The notes under the pieces: model-generated
What the model was told of the DNA's origin: nothing
The model's input: the letters and a program-made list of their open reading frames with translations, nothing else
The model's database searches: none
Position numbers and translations under genes: made by a program
NCBI GenBank assembly: GCA_016699465.1
Contig: CP064977.1
Location: 333,668 to 397,667 of the forward strand
DNA from: Candidatus Campbellbacteria bacterium
Lineage (GTDB): Bacteria > Patescibacteriota > Minisyncoccia > Phycocordibacterales > EsbW-18
DNA length: 64,000 bases
Direction of reading: 5' to 3'
In this document: one piece after another, positions 28,205-39,674 of the stretch
Layout of the letters: each line of letters opens with the position of its first letter
Numbering within the stretch: position 1 is the first letter of the stretch

Positions 28205-28274
28205 AAATAATAGAGTTTGGAAGTTGAGAGTTAGAGGTTAGTGATTAGAAATAGAATGTAGTGTGTAGAGTGTA
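28203..28274. repeat. 72-nt C-free (plus-strand) intergenic spacer of the same purine/T motif family
   Basis: aataatagagtttggaagttgagagttagaggttagtgattagaaatagaatgtagtgtgtagagtgtagaaatt contains no C. Confidence 0.55.
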
Positions 28275-28278
28275 GAAA

Positions 28279-29715
28279 TTATTCCTCGCCTAAGAATTTC
28301 TTTCCAACCGCAAACAATCGGTCCTCCTCCATGTGCGGTGCAATCAACTGAACCCCGAGAGGTAGTTGTACACCATCTTCCTCAACCGTACCCGAAGGAA
28401 TCGACATTGCTGGCATACCTGTGTGATTTGATGAAACAGTAAAAATATCTTCGAGATACATCGCCACGGGATCATTCACCTTACTTCCGAGTTTAAATGC
28501 AGGACCTGCGGTCGTTGGTGTAATGATAACATCACAGTGTGTAAATGCATTCTTAAAGTCTTGCGTGATACCTCGTCGTACTGCATTCGCCTTGTTGTAG
28601 TAGGCGTCGTAATATCCCGACGACAACACATACGTCCCAATCATAATGCGACGGCGCGGCTCAGAACCAAATCCCGCGCCTCGTGTTTTAAAATAGTCAG
28701 CAATCAAATCAGCGCCCTCTGTATGAAGCCCATATTTCACGCCATCAAAACGAGCTAAGTTTGAAGATGCTTCTGCAGGCAAAATAACGTAATACGTTGG
28801 TACGGAGTACTTTACTAGAGGAAGTTCAATATCAACAAGTTCATAGCCAAGTTCTGCAAGTTTTTTCAGTGCGGCATCAAAATTCTTTTGAACATCATTA
28901 CGAAGTGTGTATTCTTCAAGAAATTTCCTTGGAACCCCTATCTTCTTTGAGCTTTGAGCTTTGGGCTTTGGGCTTTGGGTATAATCATTTTCATCCACTG
29001 TCGTGCTATCCATAGCGTCCTTTCCTGCAATTGTCTTAAACACCGATTCAACATCAGTAACTGTTTTTCCAAATGGGCCAATCACATCCAATGACGAACC
29101 GAGAGCAATCAATCCGTGACGCGACACACTTCCGTATGTTGGCTTTAAACCAACGAGACCGCAAAGTGCAGCCGGCTGACGAATGGAACCACCTGTATCT
29201 GAGCCCAGGGACGCAAGTGCCATGCCCGAAAGAACAGATGCGGCCGAACCGCCCGATGAACCTCCAGGAACACGTGATGTATCAAGTGGATTTTTTGTCG
29301 CCCCGTATGCCGATTGTTCGGTTGAGCTCCCCATGGCAAACTCATCCATGTTCGCACGACCTACAATCACCGCTCCCACTTCTTTAAGTTTAACAACAAC
29401 CGTTGCATCGTATGGTGCAACGTACCCTTCAAGAATTTTTGAACCCGCAGTTGCTGTGTGACCCGTGTAGAGCATGTTGTCTTTAAGGACAATGGGAATT
29501 CCTGTGAGAAGTGTGCTCTTCCCTTCAGCGATCATCGCATCTGCGCGCACGGCCATGTCACGCGCATCTGCAAACACTTCAAGGAGCGCGTGAATCTCAC
29601 CATCTTTTGTTTTGATATTTTCAAGACACGCATCCAAAAGTTCCACCGCAGTGAATTCTTTTGCGTCGAGTTTCTTTCGTGCATCTGCAATAGAAAGTGT
29701 GGTGACGTCAATCAT
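28279..29715 (-). CDS. gatA: Glutamyl-tRNA(Gln) amidotransferase subunit A
   Basis: Amidase signature GGSSGGSAASV. Overlaps gatC by 4 nt. Contains a short low-complexity insert (SPKPKAQSSKK) encoded by the gagcttt/gggcttt tandem repeat at 28921-28985. Confidence 0.9.
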   Translation of the reverse strand: MIDVTTLSIADARKKLDAKEFTAVELLDACLENIKTKDGEIHALLEVFADARDMAVRADAMIAEGKSTLLTGIPIVLKDNMLYTGHTATAGSKILEGYVAPYDATVVVKLKEVGAVIVGRANMDEFAMGSSTEQSAYGATKNPLDTSRVPGGSSGGSAASVLSGMALASLGSDTGGSIRQPAALCGLVGLKPTYGSVSRHGLIALGSSLDVIGPFGKTVTDVESVFKTIAGKDAMDSTTVDENDYTQSPKPKAQSSKKIGVPRKFLEEYTLRNDVQKNFDAALKKLAELGYELVDIELPLVKYSVPTYYVILPAEASSNLARFDGVKYGLHTEGADLIADYFKTRGAGFGSEPRRRIMIGTYVLSSGYYDAYYNKANAVRRGITQDFKNAFTHCDVIITPTTAGPAFKLGSKVNDPVAMYLEDIFTVSSNHTGMPAMSIPSGTVEEDGVQLPLGVQLIAPHMEEDRLFAVGKKFLGEE

Positions 29716-29999
29716 AGAATGTTTTTTACCTTCACAAAGTTTCCTTCGCGCGCAGGTGCATTATGTAAAAGCGCCTCAGTGTACTCTCCGCCCTCGTGTG
29801 GATGCGCATCCTCTCTGAGTATGTTGTGTGGTATTCCCACAGTCGCATGATCATCTAAGTTTACGTCCGCTGTTTTAAGCTCATCCACGAAGGCAATGAT
29901 ATTATCCATATCCTTTACCAACGCATCCTTCTCGGATTCGGGGAGCTCAATACGAGCCAATTGCGCGAGTTTTTCAATGTCTTCTTTAGAAATAGTCAT
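29712..29999 (-). CDS. gatC: Glutamyl-tRNA(Gln) amidotransferase subunit C
   Basis: 95 aa; ISKEDIEKLAQLARIEL...FVDEL is the GatC pattern; directly upstream of gatA. Confidence 0.8.
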   Translation of the reverse strand: MTISKEDIEKLAQLARIELPESEKDALVKDMDNIIAFVDELKTADVNLDDHATVGIPHNILREDAHPHEGGEYTEALLHNAPAREGNFVKVKNIL

Positions 30000-30011
30000 A
30001 AAATCAGTATA

Positions 30012-32063
<2,052 letters not shown>

Positions 32064-32096
32064 CTACATGGAGGTCGAACGTCCCCAAAATCATCC

Positions 32097-33410
32097 CTAG
32101 TATGTCGCCTTAAGAGCTCGTTCAAGTCGTCGAGTACTACTCATAGAGCATGTATTATACCCGCGAGAAATAATTTCTGTCGATGAAATAGTTTCGGAGG
32201 CCGCTTGTTTTGTTACCGTTACGAGCGCACACGTATCATCACTAAACGTCATATCAAATGTTGTTTGAGAATAGTTTGGATTATTTTCATCCGTAACAAC
32301 ATCCCATCCTTTATTTTGTCCTTTCTCGTCAGTATTCCATCCCGTATTCGGATCATTTATCACCTGTTCAGAACAACTCAACTGAATCCCTGCAGTACCT
32401 TCCTTGTTATCAACATACTGTGGAACTGGTGGAACAAATTCATTGTGTGGCGAACCTTCATGTAATTTTTCAATTTCAGCAACAGAGAGCACTCGGTTAT
32501 ATATACGAACATCATCGAGCATACCATCCAAAAACACATCATCCCCCTCTTCAGGAAACGGTTTTCCTAACGTAAGAGGTTGTGTACCATTCAGTCCAGA
32601 AAACAAACTTGCAGCTTTTTTCGCATCAAATACTTCCCCATCTATATACCCATCAAGCTCACTTCCACCATACGTAATCACAACATGATGCCATGCACCC
32701 GTTCCCAATGCCCCTGTCACAGTCGTCCCACCATTTTGATCTCCAGCAGAAAATGTCCCCGTTGAATCAATAGTCCATCCATGTCCGCTCGTGTCTTCGC
32801 CAATAAGTAAAATCCATTCCTTCGGAGGAACTTTTGATTCACCTGAAGGTAGGTTGTTGATATACACCCAAGCACTTACCGTATGTGAAGTCTCTTCGCC
32901 GTCAGAGAACGATAGTCCTCTTACATGCCCAACGTTCATGTAATCACCTGAACCGTTAAACGCGAGTGCATTTCCAATATATCCATCTGCTCGAGTTTGA
33001 CCACCAATAACAGTACCTTGATTTCCTTGCCCACTACTATCAATCGCCTTATCAAAATTTGTATCCCCTTCTTCAAATCGCCAGTACCCTGCCAACCCAC
33101 TGGCAAGTGAATCACCATAAAACCCGAAAGCGGGGGTGCCGCTATTTCCATGTATGTAATCCCAATACAGTGCACACTCAAGTGCCGAGTCCGCCGCATA
33201 AAATGCTCCTTCTGATTCACGTACACCTGCAGTCAAAATAAATTCCTTGTACGTAATATTAAAAATTGCCAATCCAACGGAAAGGAGAAGTGACGAAATA
33301 AGCATGGCGTAGAAGAGAGTGAACCCGCCAGTATGGGAAAAATCAAAAGTCAAAAGCTCAAAGCTCAAAAAAGATTTTTTGGATTTTGGATTTTGGATTT
33401 CTGGTTTCAT
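32097..33410 (-). CDS. Large minor pilin-like protein with a LamG (Laminin_G_3 / concanavalin-like lectin) domain; the prepilin-like N-terminus lacks Glu5
   Basis: ...HTGG|FTLFYAMLISSLLLSVGLAIF is a hydrophobic N-terminus. GYWRFEEGDTNFDKAIDSSGQGNQGTVIGGQTRADGYIGNALAFNGSGDYMNVG is the LamG_3 signature. It is the last gene of the pseudopilin operon. Confidence 0.55.
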   Translation of the reverse strand: MKPEIQNPKSKKSFLSFELLTFDFSHTGGFTLFYAMLISSLLLSVGLAIFNITYKEFILTAGVRESEGAFYAADSALECALYWDYIHGNSGTPAFGFYGDSLASGLAGYWRFEEGDTNFDKAIDSSGQGNQGTVIGGQTRADGYIGNALAFNGSGDYMNVGHVRGLSFSDGEETSHTVSAWVYINNLPSGESKVPPKEWILLIGEDTSGHGWTIDSTGTFSAGDQNGGTTVTGALGTGAWHHVVITYGGSELDGYIDGEVFDAKKAASLFSGLNGTQPLTLGKPFPEEGDDVFLDGMLDDVRIYNRVLSVAEIEKLHEGSPHNEFVPPVPQYVDNKEGTAGIQLSCSEQVINDPNTGWNTDEKGQNKGWDVVTDENNPNYSQTTFDMTFSDDTCALVTVTKQAASETISSTEIISRGYNTCSMSSTRRLERALKATY

Positions 33411-33449
33411 GTTTTTTGGATTTTATGCTTTGGATTTTGAGTTTTTGTA

Positions 33450-34028
33450 CTATTGCCAATTAAACAATTTCTCATGCAACACATACGTTCTGTGTACCAA
33501 CACATCATCCCATGTAATCGTAACAGTAATTGACGCTTCTGTGTCGGGGGTTGTTTCAGTTATGGTAACGCTACGCTTAAATTTTGTATCCGCCCATCCA
33601 CTTTTATCATTCCCCGAATACCCGTACGTACCAGTGCTCTCTTTAAATTGTAAAAATGAACACGCACCTTTAGTACTACACGATATAACCGTATCATTTG
33701 GAATATCAACAGCGCACGAGGAGCCGTCCATACAATCTTCAAGCCCCTTGAGCCAATCAACAGTGTTATTAATTGCATTCGTATCACGCCTGTATCTCAC
33801 AAATTCAACAACCTCTTGCCCAAGATAGTTTGCAATCACTTGATCACGCGCCAAGCGAGCAGTACGGAGACCTTGTGATGCCAATGAAAGCGGTGCCACC
33901 ACTGACACAACAAGCACTGCAATGGCCACGACGGTTTCGATGAAGGTAAACCCGGCAGACATGTAGTGTGTAGCACGTAGCATGTAGCGTGATGATTTGT
34001 ATGGTGTTGTATTTGCTGTGTGTTCCAT
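33450..34028 (-). CDS. Prepilin-type N-terminal cleavage/methylation domain protein (minor pilin / pseudopilin)
   Basis: YMSAG|FTFIETVVAIAVLVV has G at -1 and E at +5. Confidence 0.65.
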   Translation of the reverse strand: MEHTANTTPYKSSRYMLRATHYMSAGFTFIETVVAIAVLVVSVVAPLSLASQGLRTARLARDQVIANYLGQEVVEFVRYRRDTNAINNTVDWLKGLEDCMDGSSCAVDIPNDTVISCSTKGACSFLQFKESTGTYGYSGNDKSGWADTKFKRSVTITETTPDTEASITVTITWDDVLVHRTYVLHEKLFNWQ

Positions 34029-34087
34029 GGTGTATGTATACTACTTGTTACATGTTTTACGTTACGCATTACATGTTCTGCCCTCTC

Positions 34088-34684
34088 CTACTCTACTCTC
34101 TCCAAAAATCTTTGCGTAATGAGTGTTTCTAAATCAAACGCCACTTTTGTTCGCTCCGTCTTTCCTGCCGTTCCTCGAATAATCACCAGTACACGTGGCT
34201 GCTCGGAGGCCCCATCACCAACAAGGTAAAACATAAACGTATCAATATCCACATCAGGTGCAGTTACCGGAAGAAACCCACTTCCATCACCCACATCTCT
34301 TTCAATGGATCCTTTTTCCGAACCTCTTGGTTGTGAAAATGCATACGTCACCTGTCTGCCGTCCCTGTCCATAAAAGAAAATTCGGTGGAGCCGTCAGGA
34401 CATGTTTTTGCACTTCCGCACCCATAGTCAGTTCCCACACGAATGGCGCGCGTCATAGAATCTAGTGCAAAATTAAGATTGTTCATCACTGTTTTTGTAG
34501 CTTGTGCTTTTCTATTTGCGTCAAGCATAGTCACCACAGATGTTGATGCAACAATCATAACCACGGAAAAAATGAATACCGCAACAATCATTTCAACGAG
34601 CGTGAACCCAGCGGACATGTAACGTATAGCATGTAACGTGTAGCAAGGTGGTTTGTGTGCTCTTGTGTTTATTGTATTTTTCAT
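34088..34684 (-). CDS. Prepilin-type N-terminal cleavage/methylation domain protein (minor pilin / pseudopilin)
   Basis: YMSAG|FTLVEMIVAVFIF. Confidence 0.65.
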   Translation of the reverse strand: MKNTINTRAHKPPCYTLHAIRYMSAGFTLVEMIVAVFIFSVVMIVASTSVVTMLDANRKAQATKTVMNNLNFALDSMTRAIRVGTDYGCGSAKTCPDGSTEFSFMDRDGRQVTYAFSQPRGSEKGSIERDVGDGSGFLPVTAPDVDIDTFMFYLVGDGASEQPRVLVIIRGTAGKTERTKVAFDLETLITQRFLERVE

Positions 34685-34736
34685 GATTCGTGTTTTGCGC
34701 TACATGCTTTCTGTTACATGCTTCGCGTTTCCTCTT

Positions 34737-35408
34737 CTACTGCACCACGTCTATTCCTCCCGACTCCGCCGCTTGGAGTTGCGTTACTGAAATTTGTCCT
34801 GTTGAGCGCACGACTATAAACCGACTGCCCCCACGTGGCGCAACCAACTCAATTCCAACGGCGCCCATCGCACTTCCGCCTTTTTCATCTGCATTAATAA
34901 TTGCATCAGGATTTGGACGCTTAAATATAATTGTTGCATTCTCTATCCTACTTACATCACACGCATCAAGACTCGATACGTCGGTACAAATACGAGCAAC
35001 GGTAAATCCGCGTCCCAGTGTAAATGTTTCAAGAGTTTCTTCGTCTGGAGTATAGCGATAATCTGTCGATGCCTTATCCTGAAAAAGTGTGTAGGTTGTC
35101 ATATCAGGTTCAAAATACACACCGTATGGAAAATCGAACTCATTGCCCTGTCCAAGTACGTTAATACCATAGTTTTGTGCCTGCCTCACAGAGAGTGCAA
35201 CATCGTACGCAACATCTGCTAAAAGCACTTCGTTGTCAAATTGACCATTGCGCACCAACACAACCGTTGAGATAAGCGCAATAATGCTCACCGTAACAAT
35301 AAGCTCAACGAGAGTGAACCCGGCACGGCAGATACTGGATATTGGATACTGGATATTGGAAGTTTTTTGTGTTTTTTTTGTGTACATTTTTCTAATTTCT
35401 AGATACAA
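34737..35408 (-). CDS. Prepilin-type N-terminal cleavage/methylation domain protein (minor pilin / pseudopilin)
   Basis: CRAG|FTLVELIVTVSII. The N-terminal coding region carries a gatactggatattg tandem repeat. Confidence 0.65.
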   Translation of the reverse strand: MYLEIRKMYTKKTQKTSNIQYPISSICRAGFTLVELIVTVSIIALISTVVLVRNGQFDNEVLLADVAYDVALSVRQAQNYGINVLGQGNEFDFPYGVYFEPDMTTYTLFQDKASTDYRYTPDEETLETFTLGRGFTVARICTDVSSLDACDVSRIENATIIFKRPNPDAIINADEKGGSAMGAVGIELVAPRGGSRFIVVRSTGQISVTQLQAAESGGIDVVQ

Positions 35409-35440
35409 GTCTCTGGTCTCCAGTATCTAGTCTCTACTAT

Positions 35441-36256
35441 CTACCCCAACAAAATCGCTATCAAATTAATCTGCCAGAAAAAGACGAGTGCAAAACCAAG
35501 AATAAGAAACGGTGCAAATGGAACTTCGCTCTTCATTGTAAAGCGTTCATGCGCGTCAGACAATGCACGAGCATGCGAATGTCGTAGATGCTCAGCACAT
35601 ACAAGTGCGATACTCACTACGGCACCAATCCAAAACGCAAAAAAGACTGCAGAAATACCTCCTGTTATTCCAAGAATCCAACCAATACCTAAAGAAAGTT
35701 TTGCATCACCAAATCCCATCCATCGTCCTCCTGAAACGAACCACAAAAATGCAAACGGAAATGCAATCAATGGACCAGCAAGCATGTCCATGAGTGTTGG
35801 CAGTTCAAGTGTGGGAATCCAGGTACTCGTTACAAAAAGTGCACCAAACGAAAGAGCGATGAACGCATATACAAACGCATTGGGAATTATTTTGTGGTGT
35901 ATGTCATACACAAGAATAACCACAAGAAGTGACCAGATGACAAACGAGGTGACAAGACCAACAATGTTTTCTACTCCAAACGTTGCGTACGACAGCACAA
36001 ACAGCACTGCGGTCAAAAGTTCAACAAGCGGATACTGCCATGAGATTTTTGAGCCACAGGTACGGCACTTCCCTTTTTGTATCAGAAAGCTGACAAGAGG
36101 AAGCAATTCAAACCACTGCAACTGCTCTCCACACTGTGCGCACCCCGAACGACCCGCAACAGTACGTCCTGTGTTGTGGCGGAGAATGACCACGTTGAGA
36201 AAACTTCCAACGATTGCACCGAGACAAAAAATAAAGAAGAACGAAAGAAATTCCAT
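35441..36256 (-). CDS. pilD: Prepilin peptidase (A24 family, PilD/ComC-like)
   Basis: N-terminal CxxC...CxxC zinc motif (CAQCGEQL...CRTCGSKI), a polytopic membrane core and catalytic Asp-containing segments (MGFGDAKL). Confidence 0.85.
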   Translation of the reverse strand: MEFLSFFFIFCLGAIVGSFLNVVILRHNTGRTVAGRSGCAQCGEQLQWFELLPLVSFLIQKGKCRTCGSKISWQYPLVELLTAVLFVLSYATFGVENIVGLVTSFVIWSLLVVILVYDIHHKIIPNAFVYAFIALSFGALFVTSTWIPTLELPTLMDMLAGPLIAFPFAFLWFVSGGRWMGFGDAKLSLGIGWILGITGGISAVFFAFWIGAVVSIALVCAEHLRHSHARALSDAHERFTMKSEVPFAPFLILGFALVFFWQINLIAILLG

Positions 36257-36374
36257 CCCGTTAGAGATAGGAAACGCGACGCGTTTCCGTAGTTATCACA
36301 CGTTTGTGCGCATGCGGATAAAAACTTTTTTGGGAAGATATGTTCATATTCATAACTGATACATCTCTAACGGG
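36257..36374. promoter_or_regulatory. Paired-palindrome element A immediately 5' of the pilD start
   Basis: A perfect 12-bp inverted repeat (cccgttagagat / atctctaacggg) spaced 94 bp flanks a perfect 9+1+9 palindrome GGAAACGCG-A-CGCGTTTCC. The proximal arm abuts the pilD start codon. A second copy lies at 38467-38584. Confidence 0.5.
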
Positions 36375-36429
36375 ACTCGTACGAATAGTATAGCATTTTA
36401 AATAAGAGGTCGGACCTCGAAACATAACA

Positions 36430-36465
36430 AAAACCCGCTTCAAGCGGGTTTTTGTTTGCAATAGA
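36430..36465 (-). terminator. Intrinsic terminator after pilA
   Basis: In the minus sense, aaaaacccgcttgaagcgggtttttgtt is a stem (aaacccgc/gcgggttt) followed by a T-run. Confidence 0.7.
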
Positions 36466-36478
36466 GTTTCGAGAGAGA

Positions 36479-36934
36479 TTACGGCTTGAGGTCGTACACT
36501 CCAGCGGCTGTTCCGTTGAAATCTGCATCACTGCCAGAACATGCCGTCCCTGCGGTTGCATTTGAATCACTGTTAAGTGCTGTATGAGTTGTTTGTTCAA
36601 GAAGCACTCCAACGTGATAAGAGTTACATGCTGTACCAGTTGTAGCAAGTCCTGCGTATTGGTATCCAGCAGGTGATCCAGCAGGAGCAACTGGCCATGA
36701 AGGCATGTATGTGGTTACCAATGAAGACGTGGCTGCCGGATATAGACCAGCGTGTGAATCTGCATAGAGTTCAAGTGCCAACTGAATCTGTTTAATATCT
36801 GAGATACGCTTTGCATCACGTGCCTTTTCACGTGCACTATTAAGAGATGCCAAAACAACTGATGAGAGGATGCCGATGATTGCAATCACGACAAGCAACT
36901 CGATGAGGGTAAAACCTCGTGTGAATTTCTTCAT
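36479..36934 (-). CDS. pilA: Major type IV pilin
   Basis: MKKFTRG|[16 protein letters not shown] is a canonical class III signal with a 7-aa leader, G-1, F+1 and E+5. The 151-aa protein has Cys residues near the C-terminus. Confidence 0.8.
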   Translation of the reverse strand: MKKFTRGFTLIELLVVIAIIGILSSVVLASLNSAREKARDAKRISDIKQIQLALELYADSHAGLYPAATSSLVTTYMPSWPVAPAGSPAGYQYAGLATTGTACNSYHVGVLLEQTTHTALNSDSNATAGTACSGSDADFNGTAAGVYDLKP

Positions 36935-37027
36935 ATTTTTTGCGAGTTAATAAATAAACGCTTGGTTAATAAAGCTCTTTTATTATAGGCTTTATTTTGG
37001 AAAGCTGAAACCCGACTGTGGATAACC

Positions 37028-37086
37028 GTAAAGTAATGAAGATTGGTGGTTGGGAGTGAGGGGTTGGTGATTAGAGTTGGTTTAGA
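37028..37086. repeat. 59-nt C-free (plus-strand) intergenic spacer of the same motif family
   Basis: gtaaagtaatgaagattggtggttgggagtgaggggttggtgattagagttggtttagaaagagg. Confidence 0.5.
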
Positions 37087-37160
37087 AAGAGGTCCGACCT
37101 CCAAGAAGGATGTCGGACCTCTAAAACACCGGATTTCTGCTTAGAAGAAATCCGGTGTTG
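37081..37160 (-). terminator. Two tandem strong hairpins downstream of pilC
   Basis: agaggtccgacctcc-aagaa-ggatgtcggacctct has a 15-bp stem with 1 mismatch. caccggatttct-gcttag-aagaaatccggtg has a 12-bp stem, followed by a T-run in the minus sense. Confidence 0.6.
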
Positions 37161-37186
37161 GATATATTTGATATTGAATTCCCCTC

Positions 37187-38392
37187 CTACATTCCCGCTG
37201 AAATATTGTAAATAGGGATAAGAACTGACGCCAAAAGCGTACCAACTCCAAGTCCCAAAAGCACAATCATGGCTGGTTCGATGAGATCCACAAGTGTATC
37301 AACGGCATTCTTTACCTCTCGTTCATAGAAGTGTGCCAACGTCTTGAGAATGCCCGCCAACTCCCCCGTCTCCTCACCAATACGAATCATTTGTGTCATG
37401 ATGTTTGGAATAAGCTCACTTCCTGACATTGCATCCGCAACGCTCGAACCACCTCGTACACTTTCAACCGCTTCCTTCAACAAATTTTCATACAATGAGT
37501 TACCTACAACCACCGAACTAATCTCAAGTCCCCTGAGCATGGGAATACCCGATGAGAGCATTGTGTTCATGTTGTCAGCAATACGCGAAAGGTAGAGTTT
37601 ACGATACAACGTACCAATATACGGCACAGAAATCTTTACTCTTGAAAGTGCAATATCTCCTGCTGGCGTATTCATGTATCTCCACAACCATACGCCACCA
37701 AGTGCAAGGAGAATGACAAAAAAGATACCGTAATTCACCATAAACGAACTAATTCCAATAACCACCTTTGTGTATGCTGGTATTGCTTGTCCACTATCCT
37801 CAAGAATAGTTGAGAGTTTTGGAATAACCGTCGTAAACATGAGCGCCATAACGACGAGGAAGACCGAGATAACAAACGCAGGGTAAATGAGCGCATTTCG
37901 AGCCTTGGACGTTACTTCATACATACGATCAAGATAATCCGCGAGATACAAAAATGTTTGATCTAACTTTCCCGACTCCTCACCCGCACGAACCATGTTC
38001 ACGTAAAAAAGCGAAAAGATTTTTGGATGTTTTTCAAGTGCTTTTGAAATAGCACTTCCTCCCTGTAAATCATTTGATACTTCAAGGAGTGCGTACCGAA
38101 GTGCAGGCTTCTCTGTTTCTTCGGCAAGCAACCGAAACACACGAAGTGCAGACACTTGTGCTTCAAAAAGTGTTGCTACCTGTCGAGACAAAATAACGAG
38201 GTCTTTGTTGGAAACTCCTCCTCCAAAGGTAAATGATTTTCCGAGCGCGCCCTCTTCTTTAACCGCTTTAATTGACGAAATAACCAATCCACGCTGTTGC
38301 AACGACCGAATCGCAATATCATCATTGATAGCGTCTATTGTTCCACTTTTTTCGTTTCCGTCTGTATCTAATGCTTTGTAAGAAAAAATCAT
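37187..38392 (-). CDS. pilC: Type IV pilus assembly platform protein PilC (GspF family)
   Basis: Duplicated GspF domains, three TM segments and 401 aa. Confidence 0.85.
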   Translation of the reverse strand: MIFSYKALDTDGNEKSGTIDAINDDIAIRSLQQRGLVISSIKAVKEEGALGKSFTFGGGVSNKDLVILSRQVATLFEAQVSALRVFRLLAEETEKPALRYALLEVSNDLQGGSAISKALEKHPKIFSLFYVNMVRAGEESGKLDQTFLYLADYLDRMYEVTSKARNALIYPAFVISVFLVVMALMFTTVIPKLSTILEDSGQAIPAYTKVVIGISSFMVNYGIFFVILLALGGVWLWRYMNTPAGDIALSRVKISVPYIGTLYRKLYLSRIADNMNTMLSSGIPMLRGLEISSVVVGNSLYENLLKEAVESVRGGSSVADAMSGSELIPNIMTQMIRIGEETGELAGILKTLAHFYEREVKNAVDTLVDLIEPAMIVLLGLGVGTLLASVLIPIYNISAGM

Positions 38393-38397
38393 AAAAA

Positions 38398-38466
38398 TTA
38401 TCCACCAATTTTAAGAAGTGCCAGTAGTATCACAACACCAATGCCAATGTACAAAATTACTTTCAT
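38398..38466 (-). CDS. Candidate 22-codon hydrophobic micro-ORF (MKVILYIGIGVVILLALLKIGG) that ends 5 nt before the pilC start
   Basis: Its ATG is abutted by the inverted-repeat arm of element B, in the same way that the pilD ATG is abutted by the arm of element A. The stop codon is TAA. Confidence 0.3.
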   Translation of the reverse strand: MKVILYIGIGVVILLALLKIGG

Positions 38467-38584
38467 CCCGTTAGAAACAGGAAACGTTTTTCGTTTCCGT
38501 AGTATTAGAAAGTTTTGTTAACATTTTGATCATCGTAAGCATAATACCATTATAGTTCGTCTTAACTGAGTCATTTCTAACGGG
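38467..38584. promoter_or_regulatory. Paired-palindrome element B between pilT and the micro-ORF/pilC
   Basis: A perfect 11-bp inverted repeat (cccgttagaaa / tttctaacggg) spaced 96 bp flanks the palindrome GGAAACG-TTTTT-CGTTTCC. The ends are conserved with element A and the centre has diverged. Confidence 0.5.
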
Positions 38585-38591
38585 ATTCATA

Positions 38592-39665
38592 CTAAATGAG
38601 TCTCTCGAGCACTGCAGGATTAAGCGAATGAATGCGTGCCGTCTCAACAGTAATATCCCCTCGACGCACCAACTCTGCAAGCGAACGATTCATGTCTATC
38701 ATGCCGTATTCAGAACCTGTTTCAATCACGGTATCTATTTCATGTGTTCGTGCTTCACGAATAAGATTTGCTGTTGCCTTTGTGTTAATGAGTAACTCGT
38801 ACGCAGGAACCAATCCACCCGATACTCGTTGTACAAGACGTTGCGAGAAAATACCAATAAGAGAACCTGCGAGTTGTAGACGTACCTGACCTTGCTGTTC
38901 TGGAGGAAACGAGTCAATAATACGATCAATGGTTTGTGAAGCACTATTGGTGTGTAACGTCGAAAGCACCAGGTGTCCTGTCTCCGCTGCGGTAACCGCC
39001 GTTGCAATTGTTTCTTGTCCACGCATCTCACCCACCATGGCAACATCCACGTCCTGACGAAACATTTGTTTGAGTGCAATGTGAAAATCCTCCGTATCGA
39101 TATGAATCTCACGTTGATTAATCATGGACTTCTTTGGCTCAAAAATGTATTCGATAGGATCTTCAATCGTCACAATGTGGTCAGCACGTTCAGAGTTAAT
39201 AACATCAATCATTGCGGCAAGTGTAGTTGATTTTCCGTGCCCCACAGGTCCCACCACAAGAAAGAATCCTTGCTCGCGACGAGCAAAATCGGCAAGTATT
39301 GTTGGTAGAGCAAGTTCTTCAATAGTACGAATCTTTTTGGGAATAAAACGCAATACAATATCAATACCACCACGAGAAAACGAGCAGTTGCCACGAAAAC
39401 GAGCCGCCCCATCTCTAAAACTGTACGAAAAATCAATTTCTTTATTGCGCAAAAAAATCTCTTTATTTTCTGGCGTCAACAACGTCTCCATAAGACCGCG
39501 AACATCTTCCAACTGCAATACCTCTTTTTTTACCAACGGAATGAGCGTTCCAGACACACGAATAGTTGGATGATACCCTGTGGATAGGTGCAAATCTGAT
39601 GCACCCTCTTTCACGGTGATATCAAGTAAATCAAAAAGTTCTTGTGTGTATTCTTTTGATGACAT
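38592..39665 (-). CDS. pilT: Type IV pilus retraction ATPase PilT
   Basis: Walker A GPVGHGKSTT, Asp box, Walker B and His box, about 357 aa. It lacks the N-terminal domains of PilB. Confidence 0.85.
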   Translation of the reverse strand: MSSKEYTQELFDLLDITVKEGASDLHLSTGYHPTIRVSGTLIPLVKKEVLQLEDVRGLMETLLTPENKEIFLRNKEIDFSYSFRDGAARFRGNCSFSRGGIDIVLRFIPKKIRTIEELALPTILADFARREQGFFLVVGPVGHGKSTTLAAMIDVINSERADHIVTIEDPIEYIFEPKKSMINQREIHIDTEDFHIALKQMFRQDVDVAMVGEMRGQETIATAVTAAETGHLVLSTLHTNSASQTIDRIIDSFPPEQQGQVRLQLAGSLIGIFSQRLVQRVSGGLVPAYELLINTKATANLIREARTHEIDTVIETGSEYGMIDMNRSLAELVRRGDITVETARIHSLNPAVLERLI

Positions 39666-39674
39666 AGATGTGTA

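Noticed and set aside
28921-28985. Tandem gagctttg/ggctttgg repeats that look like a mini CRISPR or satellite
   Set aside because: They lie inside gatA and encode a short in-frame low-complexity insert (SPKPKAQSSKK). There are no spacers and no repeat-spacer periodicity.
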